This document shows, piece after piece, positions 20,201-29,064 of a stretch of 64,000 nt of DNA (the first letter of the stretch is position 1; the number at the start of each line of letters is the position of its first letter). The translations under genes were made by a program, and so were the position numbers. The notes below the pieces were generated by a model. That model did no database searches. It was given only the letters and a program-made list of their open reading frames with translations, and was not told where the DNA came from. This stretch comes from Rhodothermales bacterium (GTDB lineage Bacteria > Bacteroidota > Rhodothermia > Rhodothermales > VXPQ01). The stretch spans positions 32,001 to 96,000 of the forward strand of contig JBBDTI010000064.1 of NCBI GenBank assembly GCA_040904565.1, in the 5' to 3' direction.

Positions 20201-20747
20201 GCAGATGATCCAGCAGATGCAGCAGATGGCCGAGCAGCAGCAGCAGCTCAACCAGCAGATCCAGGAGTTCCTCAACGACGTGCAGGGCAACCGCCTCAGC
20301 GTAGACATGCAGGAACGCCTTCAGCAGATGGGCGCCCAGCAGCAGGCCATCAAGCGGCAGCTCGATCAGCTGCGCCGCAACCCGGAGGCGCGCGGCAAGC
20401 TACTGGGCGATCTGGGAAGAATCGCAGAACAGATGGAAGAAACGATCCAGGAGCTGCAGCGCCGCCAGGTTGAGCCGCGTACCGTCGAACGGCAGCGCCA
20501 AATTCTTCAACGCCTGCTGGACGCTCAGCGCTCGCTCAACGAACGCGGGCAGGAACAGCGCCGCGAGGCCCAAGAGGGCGAAGATATCATTCGTGAGAGC
20601 CCGGCAGACCTCTCACCGGAAGAAGCAGCCGAAAAGCTGCGCCGCGATCTGATAAGAGCTCTCGACAGCGGCTATGCGGCAGACTACGAAGAGCTCATCA
20701 AACGATATTTCGACCTGCTCCAGCAGCGTCCGGCCGAGGTGGAATGA
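17256..20747 (+). CDS. DUF4175-family membrane-anchored protein with Ig-like domains and long Gln-rich coiled coil
   Basis: N-terminal TM helices, DDYG..L.L.Y and VRDND motifs, Q/E/M-rich coiled coil, C-terminal GY..DYEELIKRYF. Confidence 0.82.
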   Translation: MSEQSLELLARIRRRLQAASRRITLADLLFGAATTIGLSSLLWLLSTAVEAGFWLEAGFRTVLFWIVVAASGGAAAYYVLVPLLRIAGIVPGPSAEHLAGKIGERFPEIGDRLVNLLDLSQGRRSDAPEELVDRAVQMLGRDVEPVTFEDVADFSRARRALRIAGIPIVSLLLFLAAAPDTFISASHRLLSPGAQFDQPAPFRLQVEPGTVEIARGAALNVRVEAVGDDRPQTLSLEVNHADEDHVDTIRLTADSTGSFQHHFASVRRSFRYRASATPVTSRWYETSVVEYPVVQSLQATLQFPSYADLPPRRLDPNVGDISGLPGTRVELNLSLAGSDATSAAIRFDDDSTVPLELDGDRATGSFTLTREGSYQIMLENDRGISNRDPIRYAMDLQEDAVPSVVIVRPGTDAVLTDALERLIETRIIDDYGFRDLTLNYRLAESRFKTASDSFSTIDLPVEDKRRLDQVVTYDWDLGASTPLDPVPGDIIEYFVRVRDNDTFAGYKSAETPRHRLRLPSLAEQYEQLDQEQEAAESQVESMLEEARRIDEQFRQLRDEVRRKQDGDWEDQRQIEQIQERQQQLENRVDDLSRQMESINESARRNDLLSPETLEMYEEMQHVVEEINSPELQEALEQLRQSIENLDLSQMQQAIENFEFNEDQYRRRLERTLELFKNLRAQQRLEEAARRAEEIARQQEELSEETGSLMEEMEEASPSPDPSDRNAAEENPSDRNASDDEPSDAERLAQQQERSREEMERLEELLREAQQQLEEMRRGPAREMQELNESLRQRQMPEQMQDNAQQLRREQLQDARSGQQQMQQQMQQLQQRLQQMQSSMQGSQMDVNLAGLRRVLGDVLTLSHEQESLRAALRGTVSDAPALREDARKQVELSEGLSTVVDSLRQLGGNIPQLSREVQRLSGQALREMGAATEAMSERAVGEASGYQTAAMMNMNELALLLSDVLNQLMNQSGSGDGQGNMQQMIQQMQQMAEQQQQLNQQIQEFLNDVQGNRLSVDMQERLQQMGAQQQAIKRQLDQLRRNPEARGKLLGDLGRIAEQMEETIQELQRRQVEPRTVERQRQILQRLLDAQRSLNERGQEQRREAQEGEDIIRESPADLSPEEAAEKLRRDLIRALDSGYAADYEELIKRYFDLLQQRPAEVE
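19416..19490 (+). repeat. 30-bp in-frame repeat (PSDRNA.. x2.5) in an acidic linker
   Basis: ccgtccgac recurs at 19416, 19446 and 19476. Confidence 0.75.
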
Positions 20748-20817
20748 GCCGCCCAACTCGTCGATAAGCGCAACAGGCAGCCGCGCGCAACGGAAGCGCC
20801 GCGCGCGAAAGCATATC

Positions 20818-20851
20818 TGGCATTGAATATGCGGCCGGTCTTGAGTAAATT
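20818..20851 (+). promoter_or_regulatory. Candidate promoter: sigma70-like TTGAAT-N17-TAAATT overlapping a sigma54-like GG-N10-GC motif
   Basis: TTGAAT 20823-28, 17-nt spacer, TAAATT 20846-51; TGGCATTGAATATGC 20818-32; AT-rich patch in a GC-rich context. Confidence 0.5.
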
Positions 20852-20855
20852 ATAA

Positions 20856-21012
20856 GGCTCCATGTCCGGCGTGGGAGCACGCGGCTGCTCCCCAGCGAGG
20901 TCCCGCCTCGCAGGGAGACCTAGCAGGGAGCCCGTCGATCATTTCGTTCTCTGACTAACGACAAGGTACGTGCCGCGAGTGCCTCGCATGAGAGAGCGCA
21001 GAAAAGTGTACC
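20856..21012 (+). ncRNA. Candidate structured 5' leader RNA of unknown family
   Basis: GGCTCC (20856-61) pairs with GGAGCC (20927-32), enclosing hairpins GGGAGCA/TGCTCCC and GCGAGG/CCTCGC; further stems GTCG/CGAC and GGTAC/GTACC. Confidence 0.4.
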
Positions 21013-21048
21013 GCACCGTTCGCCCCAACTAATCGGAATCACGCAAGT

Positions 21049-21822
21049 ATGGCTAATTCAACGAGGATCCTCTTTGTCTCGGACGAAGTCGAGCCGTTCT
21101 CGAAGTCGTCCGCGACGGCCACCTTGGTACGAAACCTCCCCGAACAGCTGCAGAGTGCCGGGGACTATGAAATGCGGATCATGATGCCTCGATACGGGAC
21201 GATCAGCGAACGCAAGAATCGCTTGCATGAGGTGATACGCCTCTCTGGAACGGAGATCGAGATGGGAGAACGGACGGATACGCTGAAGGTGAAGGTGGCG
21301 TCGATCCCCGGCATCCGCCTGCAGGTTTATTTCATGGACAACAATCATTATTTCAAGCGCAAGGGGGTCTATGCGAACAAAAAGGGCAGGCTGTTTGAGG
21401 ACAACCTGGAGCGCGCCCTCTTTTTCGCGCGATCGTCTCTTGAGACCATTCGCAATCTTGGCTGGGGGCCGGACGTCGTCCATGCCTTCGGCTGGATGAG
21501 CGGCTTCGTTCCAATGCTGCTGCGAACAGACTACGCCGGGGAAGAGCTTTTTGAAAACACGAAGGCGATCTTCACACCGAACGTGGTGGACTTCGAGGAG
21601 ACGGTGAGCGATAGATTTGCCGAACGCGAACTCGCGGGCGGCTCCGGACTCGCAGGGAAGGATCCCAACGCGATCGGCCTTTCTTTTGCCGACGCGGCAA
21701 TCTATCCGCACACGATAGATCCGGAGGCCGGCGATTCGCTCCAGTTCGGAGATGGAAAGGAAGATAATGTGGAGACCGCACGGTCCGTCTACGATCAGCT
21801 CCTCGCCGAAGTCGCCGCCTGA
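21049..21822 (+). CDS. Glycogen/starch synthase N-terminal (GT5) domain-only protein
   Basis: RILFVSDEVEPF, RIMMPRYG.I.ER.NRLHEVIRLSG, VYFMDN..YFKRK, W.PDVVH..GW; only 257 aa with no C-terminal GT-B half. Confidence 0.85.
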   Translation: MANSTRILFVSDEVEPFSKSSATATLVRNLPEQLQSAGDYEMRIMMPRYGTISERKNRLHEVIRLSGTEIEMGERTDTLKVKVASIPGIRLQVYFMDNNHYFKRKGVYANKKGRLFEDNLERALFFARSSLETIRNLGWGPDVVHAFGWMSGFVPMLLRTDYAGEELFENTKAIFTPNVVDFEETVSDRFAERELAGGSGLAGKDPNAIGLSFADAAIYPHTIDPEAGDSLQFGDGKEDNVETARSVYDQLLAEVAA

Positions 21823-21990
21823 GGCGGCGAAACCCCTCATTTATGCCCCGGCACGTAGGAACTACGCCCCGGGATGTCGCATACGTTAGCTCGCATCGCA
21901 GAAACCCCATCGGCTCGAGCCGATCGGGGTTATTGCTGTGCCCCACTCCATTATCATTCTGTCCGTTCGGCTCGTCCACCGGTTATCTAC

Positions 21991-23175
21991 GTGAAGAGAC
22001 CCTTCCAACGCATATTCCTTCTCGCTCTCTTCGTTGGACTGTTGCTCTCGGCGTGTGACGACCCGTCCAACGTGGGTGAGGGACTGATCGGCCCCCAGAG
22101 CGGCATCCCGTTCACCAATCAATTCCCCATTAGCGATTTCCGACCGGCCTCCATCTTCCAGCCGGACAATCTGGCTCCGCGCGTTCTGGCCGGCCGGGTC
22201 GAGGATCCCGCGCTCGGCACGTACACCGTGCGGGGCTACGTCGACATCATCGCCGTTACGTCCGCCGGCTTACGCGCGCAACCCGTCGAACGTGCAGAAA
22301 TCCAACTGACACCGACGTACGTCTACGGTGACACGACCAGCGAAGTCACGCTGGCCATTCGTGAAGTGCTGGAGGAATGGGACCAGGAGGGCCTTCCGAC
22401 CGATACGTCTTTCAGCGTCGGCCCGGTCATTCGCGAGTTCACGTTTCATCCGACCGACAGCGTCGTGGTCGTCGAACTGCCGTCGGATTGGGTCGCGGAG
22501 CATGACGCCATCATCCGCGACGTCGATTTTGGGGAGCTCTTCCACGGGTTCCGTCTGGATCCGATCTCCGGCAACGCCGTCGTTGGATTTGGACCCAACC
22601 GCACCGGTCTGTTCGCCGTGACCTCGGAAGACTCGACGGCGTTGCCCGCGGGGCAATCCTACCAGCACGTCGAACGATCGGCCTCGATCGCTCCGCCGCC
22701 GGACCGGATTCTCATGCAGGCGGGAAGCGGGCCGGGGGCCGCGTTCTCCGTTAACCTGTCGGACGTCGACCTCCGTACAAGTTCCGTAAACCGGGCCTCG
22801 ATCGAGATCTGGACGGACACCGTGACGGTGCAGCAAGACCTGCCGCCCCACTTCGTTCGGCCGACGCTCGACGCGCTCGATCTATACGGGATTACCGAAA
22901 CGGGAAATGCGTCGCTCATCGGGCGAAGCAGCCTGGACGACGACGGCCGCCTCGTGTTCGATTCGCCTAGCGTGGCAGGTGCCCTCGAACGGCAGCTGCT
23001 GGGAGAAGTGACCTTCGACCATTACCAACTCCGTATACCGGATCCCAATACGCTAACCGGCGGTGAAGGACAGGAACTCTACTATTATTCCAGCCTGAAC
23101 CCGATCTTCCTGTACGCCGAGGGGACTGGATCCAGAGCGCCGTTCGTGTTTATGACCGGCACACCGCTCGACTGA
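21991..23175 (+). CDS. DUF4270-like lipoprotein (candidate BamH homologue)
   Basis: GTG start 21991, lipobox LLSAC followed by DDPSNVG, LAGRVEDPALG motif; position after the GT5-only gene matches Bacteroidota synteny as I recall it. Confidence 0.62.
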   Translation: MKRPFQRIFLLALFVGLLLSACDDPSNVGEGLIGPQSGIPFTNQFPISDFRPASIFQPDNLAPRVLAGRVEDPALGTYTVRGYVDIIAVTSAGLRAQPVERAEIQLTPTYVYGDTTSEVTLAIREVLEEWDQEGLPTDTSFSVGPVIREFTFHPTDSVVVVELPSDWVAEHDAIIRDVDFGELFHGFRLDPISGNAVVGFGPNRTGLFAVTSEDSTALPAGQSYQHVERSASIAPPPDRILMQAGSGPGAAFSVNLSDVDLRTSSVNRASIEIWTDTVTVQQDLPPHFVRPTLDALDLYGITETGNASLIGRSSLDDDGRLVFDSPSVAGALERQLLGEVTFDHYQLRIPDPNTLTGGEGQELYYYSSLNPIFLYAEGTGSRAPFVFMTGTPLD

Positions 23176-23205
23176 TTTACGCTGATATCCCTTTTCGACG
23201 ATTTC

Positions 23206-24645
23206 ATGCCCGTACCATTTGCACGTCTACATGAAGACCCGCCCCAACCAGGGTCGTCTACGTCTGGTGGATGCGGTCCATCCGGCCGGCAACCGCGTAG
23301 CCTCCGCCACGCCGTTCGAAGCGTGGTCCGGACAGACGCACGGCTAATCCTCGTTGCCCTGCTACTTACCGCCCTCCTGCCACTGACCGCCTTCGCGCAG
23401 AGCAGCAGCGACGGTTCGCTCTATTCCCGCTTCGGACTGGGTGAGATACAGACCTTCTCCAGCGCTCAAGGGGAAGCGCTAGGCCATTCAGGAATCGCTC
23501 TGCACTCGCTCAACTATCTCAACATCAGCAATCCGGGTACCTGGGCGGACCAGGTGCTCACCCGGGCATCCGCGGGCTTCACGTATCAGAACCTGCGCAT
23601 CTCAGACGCTTCGAACGCGACGAGCCGGCTCGCATCGGGCTTCCTGAACGGCGTACAGTTCGGCTTTCCGATTCTCGAGCGGCAGCTCGGCGTGGCCATC
23701 GGCTTCGTGCCATACTCGCGCGTGGGCTACCGCGTTGTCAACGAAGGTATCCTGGCACCTGATACGCCGGCCCGCGATACGGTGGGATACGCCGTCGACT
23801 TCACAGGATCCGGCGGACTGCAGCAGGTCGTGGGCGGGATGGGATATCGATTCAATCGCAATGTCAGCATCGGAGCCAGCCTGAACGCCATCTTCGGTAT
23901 CATTGAAAATGGACGACGAACGTCCTTTATAAGCTCCGGTCCGACGGCCGGCTACATCCCAACGAACGTGTCGACATCGACCCGCCTGAACGGCTTTACG
24001 GCCTCGATCGGTACGTACATTAACGCCCGCCGACTCATCGGTGAAGACGACTTCATCGGCGTCGGCGCCACCTTTACCCTTCCCGCGACCCTCTCCGGTA
24101 AACGAGTCCACACGCTGGGCGAGCAGCTCGATCGCGACACGCTCGGAACCGTCGTCGGCGGTAACGTCGACATTCCGTGGAATGTAGGCCTCGGCGTTTC
24201 CTATCACCCCGATGCCCGGTGGACCGTCTCAACTGGAGGCGAATATGCCCCGTGGACGACTTTTCGGAGTACGCTGTCGTTTCCGGGATACGACCCCGAA
24301 GAAACGTCCAATCTTTCGGATCGATGGCAGATTGGAACCGGCATTGAATTCGTCCCCGGAGGATCAGATCTTTTAGCATCGTATCCTGCGCGAGTTGGAT
24401 ACCGACTGGGCATATCGTACGAGCAGTCGTACATCAGCCCAGCTGAATCGGGCGCGCTCCGTACGCTGGCCGGTACGGTCGGATTCAGTCTTCCCACCGT
24501 GCAATCCGGCACGCGTCTTGATATCAACATGCAGGTAGGCCGGCGCGGGAAAACGGAAGGTGCCCTGGTACGGGACGTTTTCTACCGGCTCGCCGTCAGC
24601 GTAAATATCGGAGAGCGCTGGTTCCAAACGCCAAGACTCCGCTAA
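23206..24645 (+). CDS. FadL-like outer-membrane beta-barrel protein (candidate BamG homologue)
   Basis: Signal peptide (AFA/Q), N-terminal SLYSRFGLGE, N.SNP, many amphipathic strands, C-terminal ERWF; start likely downstream of 23206. Confidence 0.7.
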   Translation: MPVPFARLHEDPPQPGSSTSGGCGPSGRQPRSLRHAVRSVVRTDARLILVALLLTALLPLTAFAQSSSDGSLYSRFGLGEIQTFSSAQGEALGHSGIALHSLNYLNISNPGTWADQVLTRASAGFTYQNLRISDASNATSRLASGFLNGVQFGFPILERQLGVAIGFVPYSRVGYRVVNEGILAPDTPARDTVGYAVDFTGSGGLQQVVGGMGYRFNRNVSIGASLNAIFGIIENGRRTSFISSGPTAGYIPTNVSTSTRLNGFTASIGTYINARRLIGEDDFIGVGATFTLPATLSGKRVHTLGEQLDRDTLGTVVGGNVDIPWNVGLGVSYHPDARWTVSTGGEYAPWTTFRSTLSFPGYDPEETSNLSDRWQIGTGIEFVPGGSDLLASYPARVGYRLGISYEQSYISPAESGALRTLAGTVGFSLPTVQSGTRLDINMQVGRRGKTEGALVRDVFYRLAVSVNIGERWFQTPRLR

Positions 24646-24718
24646 GAAACTACGCTGCGTTCGTCGGGTGTAATATTACGTTAGGCTGTGAGGACCAATC
24701 ATCATCATCTTTTTGACT

Positions 24719-26041
24719 ATGAACTCTCTACTCGCACGTATCTCGGGCCTCATAGCCGCGGTGCTTTTGCTGGTCGGCGTGTCCGGCATGACCCAGCCCG
24801 CCATGGCGCAGGCCGAACAGGTCAGCGACCAGGACAAGGCGGTGCACTACAGCCTCTACTATGAGGACTTTAAGAACCAGAATTTCCAGAGTGCCCTGCC
24901 TAACCTGAAGTGGGTAATCGAGAACGCCCCGGAATATCCTCGAAACGATGACCGTAATTTCGAGCGTCTGATCGAGACGTTCGAGGGCATCGCGGCGAAT
25001 GCCGGCGATGAAGCCACCGCAGCGGCCTATCTCGATTCCGCCCTCGTGTGGTACGACGAATCGGTCGCCGCAATGAAGGAAACGGGCATCGAATTCAATG
25101 AAGTGCAGTGGCAGCTTCGCAAAGGCCGCTTCGTGCAGGAAAACGCCGAGCTTCTCGGAGATGATATTCCGAGTCCGGCCGAGATTTATTACGAAGCGTT
25201 CGAGATGGCGGGGTGCGAGCTCGATCCATACTATATCCGGTTCGTGATCGACGACGTCGTGCGCCGGGGTGAAAAGCAGCGTGCCGTAAATCTGACCGAC
25301 GAAGCGGAGGCGTGCTACGCCGACAACGCGGATCTCGTGACATACCTCAACGACGTGCGCAACAACCTTTTCACGTCTCCGGAAGAACGGATGGCCTTTC
25401 TCGAATCCCGCTTGGAGCAGAATCCCGACGATTACGAGATCGCCTCCGAGCTGTTCGACATCTACCTCGATCTCGAATACCGCGAGGAAGCGGCCGAGCT
25501 GGGTGACCGTCTCGTAGAGATGCAGGAATCCGCTCGAACGTACCGCCGCCTCGGCGAGCTGCACCTCCAGGATGGAGATACCGAACGTGCCATCTCCTAT
25601 TACGAGCGCGCGCTTGACATGCCGGGCGCGTCAGATAGCGTGCGCCGCGATATCCTCTACAACCTGGGCATTGCGATGCAGCAGGACGGCTCTCTTTCCC
25701 AGGCACGATCGTATTTTCGGCAGGCCATGGAGATCGATCCCAATTATGGCCGGGCGTATATCGCCATCGGCGACCTCTACGCCACGGCGGTGTCGGCCTG
25801 CGGCACGTTCGAGCGTGAGGATCGCGCCGTGTACTGGCTCGCCGTGGACTATTACCAGCGCGCCAAGGCCAATGACCCGAGCGTCGCCTCACAGGCAGAC
25901 CAGAAGATCGCCACGTATCGTCGGAGCTTCCCGGACCAGGAGGCCCTCTTCTTCCGTAATTGGGAGCCGGGTGATTCGTACCGGATCGACTACGGCTGCT
26001 ACTCGTGGATCAATGAGACCACGACGGTAAAGGCTCCGTAA
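24719..26041 (+). CDS. Exported TPR protein
   Basis: Signal peptide (AMA/Q), TPR repeats (ARSYFRQAMEIDPNYGRAYIAIGDLY), C-terminal AVYWLAVDYY..A and YRI.YGC..WINETT. Confidence 0.85.
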   Translation: MNSLLARISGLIAAVLLLVGVSGMTQPAMAQAEQVSDQDKAVHYSLYYEDFKNQNFQSALPNLKWVIENAPEYPRNDDRNFERLIETFEGIAANAGDEATAAAYLDSALVWYDESVAAMKETGIEFNEVQWQLRKGRFVQENAELLGDDIPSPAEIYYEAFEMAGCELDPYYIRFVIDDVVRRGEKQRAVNLTDEAEACYADNADLVTYLNDVRNNLFTSPEERMAFLESRLEQNPDDYEIASELFDIYLDLEYREEAAELGDRLVEMQESARTYRRLGELHLQDGDTERAISYYERALDMPGASDSVRRDILYNLGIAMQQDGSLSQARSYFRQAMEIDPNYGRAYIAIGDLYATAVSACGTFEREDRAVYWLAVDYYQRAKANDPSVASQADQKIATYRRSFPDQEALFFRNWEPGDSYRIDYGCYSWINETTTVKAP

Positions 26042-26120
26042 GGCCATTCGTAGACCCGTATATTAACAGGCTCCCAGGTCACGATACATCGAAGATGTCG
26101 GGCGGTATCCGCCGTCCAGG

Positions 26121-26155
26121 AAGGCCGATTCGCCGCAGCGAGTCGGCCTTTTTTT
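26121..26155 (+). terminator. Rho-independent terminator
   Basis: AAGGCCGATTCGC-cgca-GCGAGTCGGCCTT followed by a T run. Confidence 0.85.
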
Positions 26156-26274
26156 GTCGGATTCGTCGGTTCTTGGCACGCAACAGACGACCGTGGACCT
26201 CGTTCTCCTTGCCATTGCCCGCCCGGATAGCGAATTTGTCCCTCGTTCGTACCAGTGCCTACCACGCCTTATAA

Positions 26275-27576
<1,302 letters not shown>

Positions 27577-27579
27577 GCG

Positions 27580-27939
27580 ATGAAGAAGCAACGCAAGCAC
27601 CGTTCACATTGGACCAGACTCGGCCAGTCGATGCTGCCGGCGTCGATGTCCGACCGTGAGATACGGCGCCTGCGCAATCGCCTTTTCGCAGCGGCTGCGG
27701 TTCTGCTTCTGGTCTGGCTTACTTTCTTCGATAGCCACAGCCTGGTCAAGCGGGTCACCTGGCACCACGAGGTTCAGGAGCTTCGGGAAGAGAACGAGCA
27801 CCTGACCGGTGAGATTGACCGGCTCGAACGCGAGGTGCGTCAGGGTCTTTCCGATCAGGCCGTGGAACGGATTGCCCGGGAAGAGTTCGGTATGCGGCGA
27901 CCCGGTGAAACGGTCTACCGCATTCAGCCGTCCGACTGA
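27580..27939 (+). CDS. ftsB: Septum formation initiator FtsB/DivIC family protein
   Basis: TM helix, coiled coil, ERIAREEFGMRRPGE; canonical eno-ftsB order. Confidence 0.88.
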   Translation: MKKQRKHRSHWTRLGQSMLPASMSDREIRRLRNRLFAAAAVLLLVWLTFFDSHSLVKRVTWHHEVQELREENEHLTGEIDRLEREVRQGLSDQAVERIAREEFGMRRPGETVYRIQPSD

Positions 27940-27976
27940 CCCTCCCGTCCAACGTCGTATCATTCCACCACGCACC

Positions 27977-28996
27977 ATGCATACCACCGGCAAGTCGAAC
28001 GACGCCACAGACTACCGGTACGCTGTCGGCATCGACCTGGGCGGAACGCGCATCAAGGCAGCCCTCGTCGAACGCGACAAAGGATCCGTCTACGAAATCG
28101 CTCAGGAAACGGAAGCCGAGCACGGTCCTGACCACGTCCTGGATCGTATTGGCGAACTTGTGCGCAAGATCGACGCCGAAACCCCCGACCTGCCCCTAAG
28201 CGGCATCGGCATCGGTGCACCAGGCGCCATCAACTGGGAACGGACCTCGGTCATCTATCCTCCCAATCTGCCGGGATGGGAAGTGGTCGACATCAGGCAG
28301 GAGCTCTCCGCGCGCCTAAACGACGGCCGGCCGGTGTTCGTAGAGAACGACGCCAACCTGGCCGGCCTCGGTTCGGCCCACTACGGCATGGGACGACCGT
28401 TTCCCTCCTTTATCATGATCACGCTCGGCACCGGCGTGGGCGGCGCCATCATCTACAACAACAAGATCTTCCGCGGTACGACGGGAGCCGCCGGCGAGAT
28501 CGGACACGTAACCATCGATTTCGAAGGGAATGTCGACCGCTACGGCATCGCCGGAGCCATCGAGGCATACCTCGGTCAAAAATTCCTGTCGCATTACGGC
28601 CGCTACAAACTCCTGACCCGCCACGAAAGCAGGGTTCACGAACTGGCCGGCGACGACCTGAAGGATCTTACGCCCCTCGTCCTCTACCAGGCTGCGCTCG
28701 ACGGCGACGAACCGGCCCGCGAGGTGTTGAATTGGGCCGGACACAAGCTCGGCGTCGTCCTTGGATCGGCGATCAACCTGCTCGATATCCGGAAGGTCGT
28801 CGTTGGGGGCGGACTCTCCGCCGCCGGAGATTTCATTTTCGAGGCGGCTCGACGCAGCGTCCGCGAATATGCCATTCCGGACCACCGCGACGACATCGAA
28901 ATCGTCCGAGAAACCCTCGGAAACGAGGCGGGTATGCTCGGTGCAGCCCATCTCGTATTCCAGTCTCTGGACGAAATGGACCCGGCAACGCTCTAG
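27977..28996 (+). CDS. ROK-family sugar kinase (glucokinase-like)
   Basis: GIDLGGT, ENDANLA, TLGTGVGG, GEIGH; start refined to ATG 27977. Confidence 0.9.
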   Translation: MHTTGKSNDATDYRYAVGIDLGGTRIKAALVERDKGSVYEIAQETEAEHGPDHVLDRIGELVRKIDAETPDLPLSGIGIGAPGAINWERTSVIYPPNLPGWEVVDIRQELSARLNDGRPVFVENDANLAGLGSAHYGMGRPFPSFIMITLGTGVGGAIIYNNKIFRGTTGAAGEIGHVTIDFEGNVDRYGIAGAIEAYLGQKFLSHYGRYKLLTRHESRVHELAGDDLKDLTPLVLYQAALDGDEPAREVLNWAGHKLGVVLGSAINLLDIRKVVVGGGLSAAGDFIFEAARRSVREYAIPDHRDDIEIVRETLGNEAGMLGAAHLVFQSLDEMDPATL

Positions 28997-29064
28997 ACGG
29001 CACAGCTTTTGCCGTTTATACGTCGAATGCGTTATTCGTCCCATTGCCCCCCGTTAGCTACGCC

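Noticed and set aside
20856-21012. Assigning the leader to the cobalamin, M-box, ZTP, glmS or HDV-like families
   Set aside because: Only short fragments resemble them (e.g. GGAGACCT, GGCTCC); the core conserved elements were not found by eye.
28276-29064. Long N-terminal extension of the LptD ORF overlapping the ROK gene (possible fusion or frameshift)
   Set aside because: Arg/Pro-rich off-frame translation of the ROK gene; LptD has its own signal peptide starting near 29065.
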